Shown one piece after another: positions 1 to 15,694 of a stretch of DNA of 64,000 bases. Location of the stretch: assembly GCA_028023455.1 (NCBI GenBank), contig JAQFVV010000007.1:12214001-12278000 (forward strand). Direction: 5' to 3'. The notes under the pieces are model-generated. The model saw nothing but the letters and a program-made list of their open reading frames with translations, was not told the origin of the DNA and ran no database searches. Position numbers and translations under genes: made by a program. Positions within the stretch are counted from its first letter, which is position 1. Every line of letters starts with the position of its first letter. This DNA comes from Epiperipatus broadwayi. Lineage: Eukaryota; Animalia; Onychophora.

Positions 1-3000
1 AGCTCACAGCCTGAAGAAACTAACAGTTCATCTACTGATTTAGACTTGGGAAATGATGCTCAACATCAAGTATTGAATAATACATCTAGTCCAAGAAGTA
101 AGGAAAAAAAGATCCAGGTTAGCTGAGCTTATAGGCCACAAACTGGACTCATCTCATGATATAGTGATGACAAACACAATAAAAAAATGCATCCCAAATT
201 TACACAGAGCACTACACCACTCATGTCAACTGGAACCATATCTACTTCTGTACCTGCTAACACTGAACCTCAAATCAGTCAATCTCTTGATTTTACGGAT
301 CAGTTAACACTGATTGCTGACCTGATCATTGAGCAATATTATTATGAACTAGTGTCTTCTTTCTCATTGTCTAATTATGCTACTTAAAATCAGTGGAATT
401 AATGCTAGGGGTCTTAACTCTCTTGACTGAGCTTTTGCCATTAAGCAATGGTTAGATGCAGTCAATCTACACATAGCATGCCTATCTGAGATCAAGCTTC
501 ATTGGTAATCCAATCACAAAATAAACCTGACACTGAATCAATTTGGAATGATGCAATATCTCCCATCTGACACAGCTACCCCAGGAGCAGCTTTCCTAAT
601 CAATAAGAAATTTGGCTATGATAAATATAGAATGCTCTGTTAAGCAAAAAAACTATTTATTTTAGATATAACAATAGGCAACACACCATTAATTATAATT
701 TTCATTTACATAAAAATGATCCTGACCTTGTCTTATCAATAGTAAATTGAATTAATGCCTTGCTTTCCACTGTGGTATCTCCTATTGTGTGCTTTGGTGA
801 TTTCAATATGGGATATCACAAGTTCAATATAAAATATCTTCATCTTTTCAATAGAGTCATTCTACGTGGAGAGGACTGTTTTCTATTAAACTCCTTCTCA
901 TTCTACATACTCTGGAGCAAAACACTAATATTTGCTTTACTATACTCCTGAGCCTTACCATGATATTGAAGCCAAATTGCAATTTGTGCCATTTTACAAT
1001 CATTTATATCACTGTGCCTTGACCCTGCAGCCCCAATCCTTAAAAATTATATCAAAATGATCAGGCTTTTAAATAAAACTGATACTCTGGAATGGATAAT
1101 TTCAGAGGACTACATCTTGTTCAATAAGATCTGGATTTTCTCACTCTCTGCTGCATGCTTGGTCTGCCTTTGTTGGAATTTTAAATTCCTTAATTGACAC
1201 CTACACAAGGAAGACCAAAGGTCCTAACCAGTTACTCAGAGAGCTTGACCACATTGGGGACAAGGTTTCTAGTCTGTGATCTTCCGACATCAGTGTTGGA
1301 GAAATTGTAAATCTAAAAAAATAATATAATGAAAAGCAGAGAGTGCTTGCTCAATATGTAGCAACCATAAGAGCCAAACTATTCCTGGCAAACCAACAGA
1401 ATTGGACCCACAGTTATATCTGCTGGGAAATTGGTGCTTCTAGGCAGACTACCCCATCCATGAAAACCATTGACCAAAACAATTATGGAGGGTCTACTAT
1501 GTTAATGAAAATCCACCAGTTCTTTAAAGAAAAACTACAGAATGTCAACTTGGAGCTAGGTGACACATGGAATGATATGGATAAATGTGAAGATCACAAC
1601 ATTACAGAGGCTTAGATAGTCTAAAGGCTCCTGGCTTATCTGGGGAACATTCATCCTGGTTTCCATGCTTTGTTCTGCTATATTTAAGCCAGTTCATTGC
1701 ACCCATACTTCAGAGAATAATTGATGATCTGGCAGGAGAGGGCATCAACATTGCTGATCTCTACCCTATAGCTCTTGTTCTTTTCATGATAAAGCAAATC
1801 AAAGATTTTTGCAATATTCAGCCCATATCTCTGACTCTGCTGCTCATCAAAACCATTGAGTCCACAATCAAAAACAGAATCTAAGATCAACTATTCACCC
1901 ATATTACAGCTTATCAATTTGCCTGCAAAGATTCCTTCACCATTGAGACTGTGCAGTGGTTTACATTCCTCATAGAACATGTTAGGCACCACAGAATGTC
2001 AATGCCAATAGTAGTTCGATTGGACTTTGCTTCCACCTTTGACTTTGTGGTACCCTTGATTCTACTGTAAATCCTTGATACCTACTTAGTTCAAAAGGTT
2101 TTTATCAGATTATTGGAAACCTACTATTAAACTGTTCAATTTGCACATCACTTGATGGCAGTTTGGCTCCTGGGTTTAGACTTCATCTCTCTATTCCTCA
2201 GGGATCTCTGCTTAACACTCTTTGCTTTATCACCTATATCAATCTCTTGCTTAAAGAAATTGAATGTAGTCTGCTGGGGATCTATGTACCTGCTTTCAGA
2301 GAAGAAGTACATCACATTTCCTACATTGATGATGTTACAGTTTTTCTTCCTTCCAAGAAACATTTACTAAGCTTGTAACAGATCCTTGACAGATACTCCT
2401 TGGAATATAATCTTCACATTAAGAACTCAAAAACATCAATCAGAAAATTAAGCACAGGCACTACTATACCCTCCATATACATTTCAAAGCCTCAGAAGTT
2501 TTTGGGCTTCCCTATTACTTCATCCATGACCTGAATGAGAAAAGAAATACAGCAGTCCATTCTGTATAGGACTAGCAAAATGGTGAGGCCCCATTCATCA
2601 GTCTCACCATCTCTCTTGGGTAAAGTGGCATTATTTAACATGCTCATTTTCCCCAGGATAAACTACTATCTACCTATAATCAAACCTACAAAATCATTTC
2701 AAAATAGTATCAATTTGCTATGCATTTTTAAAACTGTTCTGGAAAGCAAGTGTGTTGCAATTATTATGACCTAGATGCAGAATCCAGGGAGTTAAATTGA
2801 CTGAGCCTACATTCTGTGGGTGTCTTTTATGTGTGAAGAGTAATCAGTGTATTGTGGGCAATTTACCTAGTTCTGATTTAGGCCAACATAAAATTTTCAT
2901 TTGAACCCACTGACACATCCTGCCATGACCAAGTAAATGTTTCAGTAATATGATTCAGCATGACAATGGACTATTCAGTATCACTGCACAAACCTTTGAA

Positions 3001-3706
3001 AACAAAAAATCGTATTGGGATGTATACAAACTCAATCAAATCATGCTACAATCTGAACTTGGTATCAATAATAAGCAAATAATCAAAATTTCAAAGACTG
3101 GGTATTTGAACCCAAGTATGTGGTCTTTCTCTTAAAGTTTAATATCTCCCCTTTGCCCACAAATCATTCCTTGCTATGGAGTAGTGGATTTGCAAGGCTT
3201 CATCCTCAGTGTGCATTGTGCAAGACTGATGATGAAACACTCCATTATTTGTTTTACTCTTGTCCCTTTCTTGGACTGCTCAGGTCCCTGGTTGTAATGT
3301 AGTGTTGGACTGCTCAGGTCCCTGGTTGTAATGTAGTGTCTATCAAGAGAGCTATCAGCAATGGAACCTTTTCTATCATCAGACTAACCATCTTTATAAT
3401 GTTTTCTGTTGGCTGACAAGGTGTAAGCTGCTCTTCACTCAGACAAACCTCAGTAGCTGTCAAGTCTATATTAAAGAAATAAATAAAATCAAGGACAGAG
3501 GTAGACTTTTGGTTCCTCATAAGCTACATCAAAAAACATGGCACAAATGCTCGTTCTTAGACAAATGAATGAATATTCAAGCCTCCCTTTTAGTGTTTAA
3601 TAATATGTAAAAGATCAAGTATGTTTCCGTATCATTATGTCTATGATAATCTAATTAGTATCAATATAAACTCATGAATAAACCTTTCTTTTAATAAAAA
3701 AAAAAA
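1..3706 (+). mobile_element. Degraded L1/Tx1-like non-LTR retrotransposon (ORF1 tail, APE endonuclease, RT, C-terminal CCHC, poly-A end)
   Basis: ORF2 start at 377 reads MLLKISGINARGLNS...IACLSEIK (L1-type endonuclease). GDFN at about 790, RT motifs IPQGSLL and SYIDDVTVF at 2163-2378, CALCKTDDETLHYLFYSC at about 3210-3260, A-run at about 3696-3706. Many stops and frameshifts. Confidence 0.9.
3271..3338 (+). repeat. 34-bp tandem duplication inside the LINE
   Basis: ttggactgctcaggtccctggttgtaatgtagtg occurs twice in tandem. Confidence 0.9.
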
Positions 3707-4030
3707 GACATCGCAAAAGTAGCCTTTTTTAATACTCAACATATTGCTATCAGATTGGATGATGAATATTTTATTTTTTTAGTATTTAGTAGATAATTAT
3801 TTAGTAGAAAATTTTATCATTGGATACATTAAATTGAAAATTCTGAGTCTAAATTAAAGAAAAAGTCCACAGAGAATTATATGGTGTGGAAATGGTAATT
3901 TTCTAAAAGAAGATATATATCTTTGTTTTCATATCCAAGATATCAATACTCATAAAGTTCATATTGTACTCTGATCATTATATTCTAAGTAATAATAGTT
4001 AATCTTCATTTATTCATTATCAGGTTGGCT

Positions 4031-4065
4031 ATTTGGCAACATCCTGAAAAAAAACATTGGATGTG

Positions 4066-4137
<72 letters not shown>

Positions 4138-4186
4138 CAACATCCTGAAAAAACCATTGGATGTGATATAATATATATATATATAT
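4031..4186. repeat. (TA)n microsatellite with a duplicated about 40-bp left flank
   Basis: ttggcaacatcctgaaaaaa..cattggatgtgatata at about 4031-4070 and again at about 4132-4170, each followed by (AT)n. Confidence 0.9.
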
Positions 4187-7100
4187 TATAACCTGTAACT
4201 TCGTGCATCCTCACTTCCAGATAATATATGATATAAAATAAAACGGGTTCTATCTCAGTTAATAATTAATAACTAAAATATTCAGCATTAAAATTAAAAT
4301 ATTTCACTAGCTCAAATTTAAAATACGAATAAGGTTCAGTTTATAAAAATAAATTAAATAAATATTTAATATTTTCATGAGACTTGAAGTGAAAATACAG
4401 GTGACAAGATAGATTACATTGAGCCAATATCCCACAGGATACTACCTCAATGGCATAATAACACTATCCCCCCTTTATTACTATTTCAAATAACAAACTC
4501 ATAGTATTCTTACGACTTTAATAACTTCTACTCACTAAGATTAAACTAATAATTAAATCTTAATCTTCTATTTGTAATAATCTAGCTCAAATAAAATAAT
4601 CTCAGGTTCATAAAGTTTATTCTAAGTTAATTTAAAAATACGGTAGTAAAATATGAGAAGGGATTTTATGTCATAATCTACTACACTTAAACTAATAATA
4701 ATAAATAATAATAATAATAATATTCTTCATTGTTTAACTAATTCTGTATATCTTTTCTTTTTACTATAATTTTATTACCATAATAAAATAATGAAATAAT
4801 ATAATATGATCTTATATCTTCATGTAATGATATAATAAATAAGTGGTAGCATTTTAATAATCTGACAAACAAAATATGTGTGGCAACTGATAGCATATAA
4901 TTTAATATAATATTGTGATAACTGATTTATGACCAATAAAATAATGTAAGATTATGATTATTTAATTATAATGAATACCAATAAAATATTTAAAATTCTT
5001 AAAATAATTCTCTATTTATCTTTTGTGCAAAATTATATATTTGTTTCAATTATTATGCATATATCGTGATTTTATGCAGCGATGTGGAGAAATAAATAAC
5101 TCGGACACAAAATTTTTAAAATAACAAAATTTAACAAAGTTTATTACTAACACCAAATAAATAAACAATTTATTTACACTATTTATAGTGGATATCCTTA
5201 ACTTTTTTACTTTACAGTTTGATCTACTGGGTTATAAAAAAAATAATTTATATTTCAATTATATTTTTATTTAGATTTAGGACAAAATTTTAAAAAAAAT
5301 GTTACTATTGGGTTTCTCATTATGGTTAACGTATTACAAATATATTTATTTACTTTATTAGCGACAGCATTTTATCCTTAATATTATTAAACTATCTTAT
5401 TTTAAAAATTCATACTTAGAAAACATTCTATAGAAAACAAAATTTTATAATGAGTATGAATTTCTCAATATATTAAAAAAAATTTCATCTTGCAAAGTCA
5501 AAGATGTTACACAAAATATTATCCAAAATTCAATACTAGATTTTAGTATTTATCACACAATGTTTACTAATCATAATATATTCTTCTTTAAGCCTTACTT
5601 TAGTATGATACAAGTGTAATCATCAATATATTTCTGTTAATCAATAAACAAAAAATATACTATGCATATTGTTTACATAATTTACTTTGTCCTAATTTGT
5701 ACTATTGTATTTTAAAAATATGCAATACTTATTTTCTCTTAAAAAAAATAATACTAAAGCATTTTAAAATTATTATCACTTTAAAGAAAATATCTTTGTT
5801 TAGATACTTTATTTTAAAAAAGTTTATATTTCATTTCCGAAATAAAATTCAAAATATATTCTATGATTCTTTTCTTTCCTTAGGATACTTTGGATCTTCA
5901 ATTTTAAGTTATAACATCCTATTCCTTCTAAGCAAATAAACCAATCTTATACAAAACAATAGCATAACCTAAGTTCTAAATTATTTATCATTTCTCTTAA
6001 ACATATCTTACTGAACGATGCAGTTACATGAAATAAAGATAGCGAAAACAGATGCATAGGATTAAGGAAGAAAGCTAGAGTATTACTCTTAACATATCCC
6101 AAAATCATGGCACAGTACGAAGAGGTATGACATTTACCTGCCTAATATCCTCTAGTACAGGAATGATGTTAAAGCTATTTCTTCAGCTTTATTAGAACAT
6201 CAAATATTTAAAGAAATATAAACACTGTCCAAATAAAATGTGTATCAGTCATAGGGCTTTGTTAACTATGCTGATATTCAGATAAAAGACTAAATATTAT
6301 TTCCATTCCTTATAACATCCTATTTCTTAAAACATCATCTTGGTTTCCTGTTCACTAAGCACTTCCAAGCCACTATCTCAACATTATTTCTCAAGATTTT
6401 CCACATCTTACATCGATAAATAACTATCTGCATTTACAAAACAATAAACAAAATTCATTATTAGTTAAACAATCTAGCTGTTCCACAAGAAAAGTCTGCT
6501 TACTTCATTATTCTTTATGTCTAATCATATACAATCTACTTAGACAATATTTGAATATCCTAACATGAAAATTTTAAAAGAATCACATAACTATTTGTTA
6601 TATGTTGGATTATATCACTAATATATAAAAAAAAAATTGTCGTATGCATATTTTCAAATCAATCCTATCTCATAATGTTTTTTAAAATATTGTATAAAAT
6701 GTGGTACATATAAGTAAAAAAACTTTTACACTTCATTCTTCCAATTTATGGATGATCTAAAGAAAACAAAAAAAATATACATTATAAATTATCAATAGTT
6801 ATTATTATTACCAATAACCTTTATCTAGTCATCGTGTTCAGTAGGCTTCCTTTACCCACTTGAGCATTGCAGATATAAAAAAAAATTCACACCCATACAC
6901 TTTATATTAAAATATTTTTAGCTAAATTATTAGATTGTTATATTATAAAATTTTAATATTAATAAATTAATGTTTTTTTATGTTTTTTCTAATCTTGTAT
7001 AAACATTTAGATTTAAACTATGTTAACAAAATAAAAGGAATCAAAACTATAATTACATATTTTCTTGACGATAGTTCCTGATAAGTCCAAAATGTTTGTT

Positions 7101-8922
7101 ATTTTCTCTAGAGTTTTTAAAAATGTTCTCCTCCAAGCATGTTAAAGTTTAAAATAAAATAATTATTAATCCATTTAGTAAAATTTATAGGAAATAATCC
7201 TTGGTTTTAGTATTTAGGATGATAATTATTAAATCATAATATTAATTAATCCTGTGAAGTTTTTTTAAGTATTTTCTCTGCCGGTGTATCCATGCATATT
7301 CCATCTAATTTAGCTTTAGTTATCCAATAAACTTTTAAGTACTATTTGTATTTTTATGGATCCATCTTTTATTCAACTATATGATCACTTTTTTATATAA
7401 GTTTCCTTCTTAATATATTTAAACTTTTGTTTGGTATTTTTATATATCACTTTAAAAAAAAAAAAAAAACAACTTCAAGTACTTTTAAACAAATCTTTTC
7501 TAAATACATTTTTAAACAATTCTAAAACTGGATGTTTATAATATCAAAAACGCTTCTATAACATATTCTCCTGGGTTCTTTCTTAAATTCTTGAAAATAT
7601 TTTTTAAAAATGTTACCTTCAGAAAGGATATAACATTTTACTCCATTGAATATCATATTATATAAACGATTCATAAGATATATTTGTCTTATTACTACTT
7701 TATAAAAAAAAAAATCTTGGATAAACTTCATTAGACTCCGTATGATGTCCGAGCTGTGGTTTTTTTATGTACCAAAACAGTTCTTCGGTGAAGTATTAAT
7801 AAAGCTGTATCAATAAATATTTCAAATATTTTTTCAGCATTACAACTTATATCCATTTTATTTTGTAGTATATCCATCCTTTATTGCGAAGTTTAGGTTA
7901 AATTTTTAGATAAAATACGACTGGTAAGTACTTTAAAAATTAGAAAATCATTTCCATGAAGTTTCTAAATTATTATATTTTAACACCCTCTTTTGCAAAA
8001 ATACTTTTAAAAATTATCAATTAGTTTTTTGCAAATAAAACGTTAAGAAAGTACCCAAAAAAAAAAATTGACTAAAATAAAAATTTTAAAATACTATCTT
8101 TTTGATAGTTATAATTTACCTTTCTCCGGTTTCAATACATTATTAATCTTTTAAAATAACATTTAATAACTTATTCCATTTCTTAATATTCAATTTAAAC
8201 AAAATATTTAATTTTTTTATTAACTGTAATCGTCTTTATTACATTTTTTAAAACATTACATACGATAGTTAACTTAATATTTATTATTATTTGCTTTTAT
8301 GATAGGCAATAATTCTATCCAACTCTATAATATAACTTTTAAAATATTTTAAACTTTGTTACTTTAAATGCAAACAAACATGTGTGTGAAAGTATTAGTA
8401 TACAAGTCACATGATTAATAACTTTGACAGACGATTTTCAATCTATTTCTCTGCCTAGATTTATATAATTGATATAATTATTATATTATATAAAATAATT
8501 ATAAAATTTGGAAGAACAATTTAGAAAATATAGAATTAAATACAATTCTCACCATCATAAAGTTTATTTTTAAAATATATTATATTAATTTTGACTATTT
8601 AAATATGATTACAAATTTAAACATAGCATTTATTAACTATAAGTTTTAAACTATTAAAATCGAATTTTTAAATATACTTTTAATATTTATAGCTGTATTA
8701 TTTAATATGGCCAGCTTTTACAACCATATGCAACAATATTTAAAGCTTTATATAATTATTTTTTAAATGATTTTATATACTACATATTCTCTTTAGCTTC
8801 AAATTGTACTTTAAAGATATAATTGACTTAATACAATTACCATATTAAAAGAACATATTCTAAATTTTTAAAATTTTTAGTAATTGACTGTTATAAACTA
8901 TTACTGACCTATAGAAAAGGGC

Positions 8923-9022
<100 letters not shown>

Positions 9023-9295
9023 ATCATTTTATTAAACCCAAAACAAAGAAAGCTATTGTGGGCTACTAGAGAAAATAGTAAGGCTATCAATACTAATTTA
9101 TAACTACCAAGTAATACTTCTGTTAACATATTTATTTATTTATTACAATGAAATATTCTTACTGATCAATTTGTTCTAAATACATTTTTTTATCTACAAG
9201 ACCATAATCAGTACTCTTTATTATTTTCTCAATAATTTTTTCCACATAGTATTAAAACTAAAAATTGATAAGACAAAATGAAAAATAGCAAGATA

Positions 9296-9490
9296 GGGTG
9301 TAATATAAGTTAAGTGTGGTGGAACATACCAATAGAGATGCTGAGAAAAATAACAATATGATGGTTTAGCACTTTCAAGGGCTTGCTATGAATATGAGGA
9401 CACAATAAGGAACAAAAGTGCTAAGCCATCATACCATTACTCTGTTGTATTTTTGTGTCACAGTACCCTTAACTTATTTTAGAATTCATA
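9296..9490. mobile_element. MITE-like imperfect inverted repeat
   Basis: atgatggtttagcacttt (about 9358-9375) pairs with aaagtgctaagccatcat (about 9414-9431). Outer ataagttaag and cttaacttat also pair. Confidence 0.55.
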
Positions 9491-12400
9491 CAAGAGAAGC
9501 CTTTGTATTTTTTATTACAAGATAGATTATAAATGTTATAGTAAAAAAATACTACCAATAAGATATAAATAAAATTTGAAAAGGTATATGACTTCCAATC
9601 ATCATGCATAATGGACCATTTTTATGTGAAACATTGACAAATCATTCTACAGTACCCCATGAATTCATTAGATACATTGAGTGCTCCCCACAGTATAAAA
9701 ATATATGCCACAAATAATTTATATTATTATTTATAGAACTAATATTAATCAAGTGGTTGTTATGTTTGTATCATTTTTTACAGTATTCACAGATAACTGA
9801 CTAAATAAGATATTCCTGAAATCCACATATACTGCAGAGAAATTGATTAATTTTTTCATGCAGTATGACAACTATAATAAATAAAAACGTATTAAATACA
9901 ATGATTGGAGAAATTATTTTTTCATATTTTAATAAACAAGTCTATAAGCTTAATTTCTTTTGGAGTTAAATACTTATCATTTATTTTTTTAATGTTATAC
10001 AATGTTATTCAAAATGTATACACTGTGTCCTAATGAAAATATGGACAGGGTATCATCCAAATTACTTACAACATCAGCTTTGAATCAGCATGTGTTATCC
10101 AGAATCACACTATACCTATTGGCAAATATTAAGGGTGCTAGCAGATTCATGATGCACTATGAAATGCAGCAGTGTGTTTTACTAAACCATCTTTAATTTT
10201 TTTCCTGCAATCATGAAATCTTGCAAACCACCTAAAAATCTTGTCTCATGTCTTCACTGCCATATGCAATGTGAATCATTTCAAACTATTTCAGTAGCAG
10301 TTATGCCAAATTTAAAACAAAATTTAATTTGAACAAAAAAGTCACATTGTGATTTAGATATAAAACACCCTGCCACATTTTATACCATATCTCACCATAC
10401 AGAAATGCTAATGTCTTAAATTTTTTGAAGTAAATCATTATGTTGCTGGATAACATGTGTTGATTCAATTCAAAAAAGGATCTGCAGGCTGAAGGAAAGA
10501 GAACCAATCAGAAGTCAGTTTTTACTGGATATTTTCATTTACATAATAAGTGATTTAAATATATTTTTTTATGATTATTTAATCTGATATCCATTTCATC
10601 AAAATACAACAATAAGATTATAGAGGAAGATGAAGAAAATATTATCTTAATGTTAACTTTTTAAAAAATCATTCCATTCTAACAATAATTAAGTGATTAG
10701 TTGTTTGGGAGTCCATGTGACAATTGATCCTTGGAGATTACCTTTGATCTAGAATTACTTAGCTCTTGGCTCCAATAAATTTTGATTACACCCTCCTACA
10801 ATTTTATTATTGTTTATAAGAATTTACTGGTTCTGAATGTAATACAAAGTTGTAAACTATAATTTAATGAACATGATCAATTTTCTTCAATGATGTAAGA
10901 ACTGATGGAAGTTGAGTTCACCCTGAAATTGAAGTCATTTGATAAATCAAGATTGCAGCAAACAATGGCAACCTGATTGTAGGTATGAACAAATACTTTT
11001 ACAAAAAATAAAACAGAAGATAATTTTTATTGTTTAGGAGTAATTAAAAAGTTTAATTGCCTCAATAACAGAACTGGACTATGATATATAAGCAATTGAC
11101 TGTACCAAACCTTCAAGTCAAATTGGAAGACTTTAGTAAATAAATAAATAATGGAAATGCTTTATTTCTCAGGCGTTCACAACAAGTTTATTATGCTCTC
11201 CAATCAGCCATTCTAATACTGCACCAAACTGCAGGTTATCAAGTGTTATCATTTGGTTTGACAATACAATTTTATTAGTTAGTTATTTCATGTGATTTAG
11301 AGGAAAAAATCTAAACTCATGTACAAACATCAAATAAATCCTTTTCTTTTTATTCTAAAAAACAACAACATAGATATTACTTTTTTTTAAAAGGAGAATT
11401 TATCATTTTAAATATTGATAAAATAATAATTACATGTTAATTAAGTTTTTTAATTTTATATGTTAGTTTACTTAAGTATAATTAAATATTTTTTTATTTA
11501 TTTATATGATTAATTGAATACTAATTTCAGCAAACAGAAATGGTTAATCTAATTTCTATTAATTACTATCTAGTAATATATATATAATACAAACACAAAC
11601 ATTCCTATTTATTTAATGTAAATTCTGTAGTAATTTCAGAAGTAATATAAAAAAACATTTGAATGCGTTGTTTATATAAATAAATATAAATTCATATCCA
11701 TTTGAGCAGCTGTGATTTAAAGTCGTAAAATTAAATGTTTTATTTTTCATAATATAATAAGTATTCATATTTTATGGTTGCCAATATCTATGTGCAAATG
11801 TGATATTTATTTGTAAATATATCTTCAACAATATCTAAAATCAAGAAAAAAACATCTAAAAAATAATAACAAAACTATTTCTTTTATATAATCAATAATA
11901 TAAATTGTGAATAAATAATTGTACGAAAACTAAGAAAAAGATATTTTTTAACATTTATTTATTTTAAATCTTTAAAAGTTATAAAAAATGAAAACTCATA
12001 TCAATTTTGATTTTCATATGTATAAGTATTTCTTTTGTTTAATATTTAACATACTGCATATATAGAAATGATATGTGGGTTATCTTTGTAAATGTCTTTA
12101 ATTATCGTAGAAATTTAATTTGTTTGTATATTTATTTGGGTAAAATCTGATAATTGATTTATAACATACTTCTGGTAAACTGATTTTTGTTTTTTAAATT
12201 TTATGCATCTGTTAGACATTAATGATAACACAATACATCAGGTTCATCCATATATTTGTTAAGTCTAACAATATAGGTGGCCAAATTTCAAAACACATTG
12301 ATATCAGTTTAATAAGTCATTAGTAATACACAATAGAAGTCACTATATCTTTCAAAATGTGCTTTTATTAAATTTATGACTAATTTATTAAAAATGTTTA

Positions 12401-15400
12401 AAGTTAATTAAAATTAAAAAAAGAGATGAAGGACTATACTGTAATTTCTTTTGATAATTGAGCCAAATTTGCTTTTTTAAAAGAACTGCTTTCATACATA
12501 TAAAAAATCTAAATGATTTTAATGTATCCATTTCATTTCAAATAACAAAAATACAATATATCATTCTTTTGATTGTCAGTTTTAAAATTTTAATACAAAA
12601 AACTCTAATATAAAATATTCAAATACTAAAAACTAATAATAATATAGATAAAAGTTATTTTATAAAAATTCTTTTATTTAACATGCAATGGCTACAATTT
12701 GACAGAGGCAAACTCTCCATACAGTTAGTACCATTGGCTCAAGGCCAGAATAATCATGTGATGTTTGATGGTTTAATGGCTACACTACAATTTTGTTACA
12801 CTCCAACCATTTTTGGTACCTCATATTGCTCCTAAGATATATATGTGTTATATATATAAAATTTGATTTTTTATGAACATTATTTACAATAAATATTATC
12901 TTAGTTGTATAAAAAAAATTAAATATATTCAAAAAATGAAAAACAAGGAAACTTTTGTTTTACTGAATTTTATTGACAGCTTTTTGGAATCTATTGAGTG
13001 CTTTCTTATAATCAGTTAGAAAATAAATTTGCTACTTATAATTGTGCCATTAGTTACAATAAGTCTTACTATATTTGTTTTAAAAAATAAAAAAAAGTAA
13101 CAATTTTTTGCAAAAGAATATTTCAATTTATAGACACCTAGATTCCAACAATGTATTAAATTGGATTCAGTTGCCAGATTTTTATAATCAATTAATAATT
13201 GTTTTTTTAAAATCAGTGATTGTAATGTGAGAAAAATTGCTTCTTATTATTGTTACCATTAATTACAATAAGTTTTATTATATTTGCTTAAAAAGCAGCA
13301 AAGGAAAGCTCTCATTTGAAAAAGATGGAAAAAAAATACAATTATCTAGATTGCAAGAAGTAGCAAATAATGCTAAAAAATGAGGGTGGAGGGATGAATT
13401 TAAAACTTCAAGAAGTACATTCCAAGTAATTTGACTTTTTGCAAAATAAATCATACTTAGGAAAGTGTTGATAAGGTTACCTATTAAATTTAAAAATTAA
13501 TATAAAATTAAGGTATTTAAAAATTCTTAATAGTTTCAGATACTTGTAGATTTTGTGGGCTTATTTAATAATTAATGCAACAAAACCCAATAAAATAATT
13601 GTTTTTCAAACCAAAGGTCAATCTTATATGTGATTTGTAATAAAAACATGGAGTCTCCACAAATTAACTAATTCAAACACTACTTATAAACTATTGATGG
13701 AAATAATTGATTTATAGATATGCAATGTTCTTATTTCAAGTTACATTTAACAACCAAAATTGTGGATGATGGAAGAAATATTTTTTTAATTATTAGTGCA
13801 TTATTTATATGTATAATTTATTATTGTGTAGTAACATAATTTACATTTAAATCAGCAGGATAGATTAAATAAGAGTCTAGTAGTGATTTTACTAATAATG
13901 GTAGTCAACTCTACTAATAAAAGGATACCTTGTAAAAAAATCTATGATGATTTCAGCACTGAAGTGTATTAGATAAAATATCACATTAACATTGCTTTAC
14001 ACATTAAGAAAATATTGAAAACATTAATAAAAGTATAATGCTAAGCATCTTTATTATATCAATGTTTTATTCAAACTAAAAAAAAAACATAAACAGACAT
14101 GTAGATTCAATAATAAACAAAACAATCTAATACTATTCATATGAATGCATTTTTGAACACATGCACTTAAATATAAAGTTTTATATTTCGGTTTTTTATT
14201 TAAATATAACAGCTCTTAATATGAAAATGCAATAAAAGTTATATTTAATGTTTTCAAAATTTTCTCTGTAGATGATGTGGTATTAATATTATCTTTGAAG
14301 TATTAATATAATCTTTAATTTATTATTAATAATAAACATATAATATTGTTTTATTTAACTTTTTTAATCTATATTATTTTATCTAATTATATTATATATT
14401 TACCTAATAAAGTTAGCTGGAAAAATAGTTTTAAAAAAATTATATCAGGTATGTTTGAAAAAAATATTTTAAAAATGAAGTACTTTAAATGCTTTTATTT
14501 AACCTAGAAATTCTGTTAATTCATTTATCTGTGTCAAATCTTGTAACCAATTTTTAACATACTTCAGTCAAATACATTTTCTTTAAATTTTGTACATATT
14601 AGGTATTTTTGCCAGTACAACATAACATTAAAATAGTTTGGAATTGTGCAGCCACCTGTTCAGTCTAACAGTGTAGATGGACCAAATTTCATGATGGGTG
14701 ATATTGGTTTGATAAGTTTTCAGTGATGCACACTAGATGGCATTATATTTATTTTAAAAAAATATTGAATATTCATAAAAAAGCATTTACAGTTTGAATT
14801 AAAATATATAAATAACAAATGAAGGATGAAATCTTAATTTTTTTTACTATTTATCTAAAACTGGTTTTTGTAAAAATATTGGCCTCATAAATAAACAAAA
14901 TCTTGTACTGATTAAAAAATTTTTATGGAATGAAATTCCTTTAAATTTTGTACATTTATTACATATGCATGCTAATGCATGTTGGTGATCCAAATTTCAA
15001 AAGGCATGATATTGCTTAGTAATTTTCTGTGATGTATACAAGATAGTGATATACATTTTAAAAAAGACATTTTCAGTGAATTTAAAAATGATCTCTTCTC
15101 ATATTCCACAGTAGATATGTATTACATTACAAACAATATTTAATAGGTTGTAAAACAGTAAATAAAATTTTATAATTCTGAATATTATGATAACACTAAC
15201 AAACTAAATTTAAATTGAATAGTATAAATATAAATAAAAACTTTTGTAATATTCAATTCATTTGAGGGGATTCCATTTCTTTTAAGACTTCCCATTTATA
15301 TATGGTCCCTATTGTTAAAAAAAGATCTTTTACCCAAGAATATTAATCATTTATACAGAAATAATAAACTAACATATATTACTAAACTAGTTAAGTTAGT

Positions 15401-15458
15401 AAAAATAATTTAGTAAACTTCTCCAATAAATGTAATAGTATATACAAGTGCTTCAACA

Positions 15459-15694
15459 CACTGGGTGAAGAAGCTGTTAATGGTAAGAAATCAATCAAAG
15501 TAAATTAATGTAGGCCTAGAACTTTTGAGGTTTTGTCCCTCATACTCATAACCAAAACAGATTTTAAATCACTGTTGTGATATTGATATATGGTAATGTA
15601 TGTAAATGCATGAGGGACAAACCCTCAAAAGTGCTATGCCTGCATTAATTTACTTTGATTGTTTTTTTACCATTACCAGCTTCTTCACTCAGTG
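15459..15694. mobile_element. MITE with about 85-bp terminal inverted repeats (Tc1/mariner-like ends)
   Basis: Starts CACTGGGTGAAGAAGCTG and ends CAGCTTCTTCACTCAGTG. Right flank is TA, left flank is CA. Confidence 0.8.

Noticed and set aside
7130-7150. Minus-strand HAWRRTF as a tyrosine-recombinase HxxR box
   Set aside because: A seven-residue match among stop codons with no other motifs.
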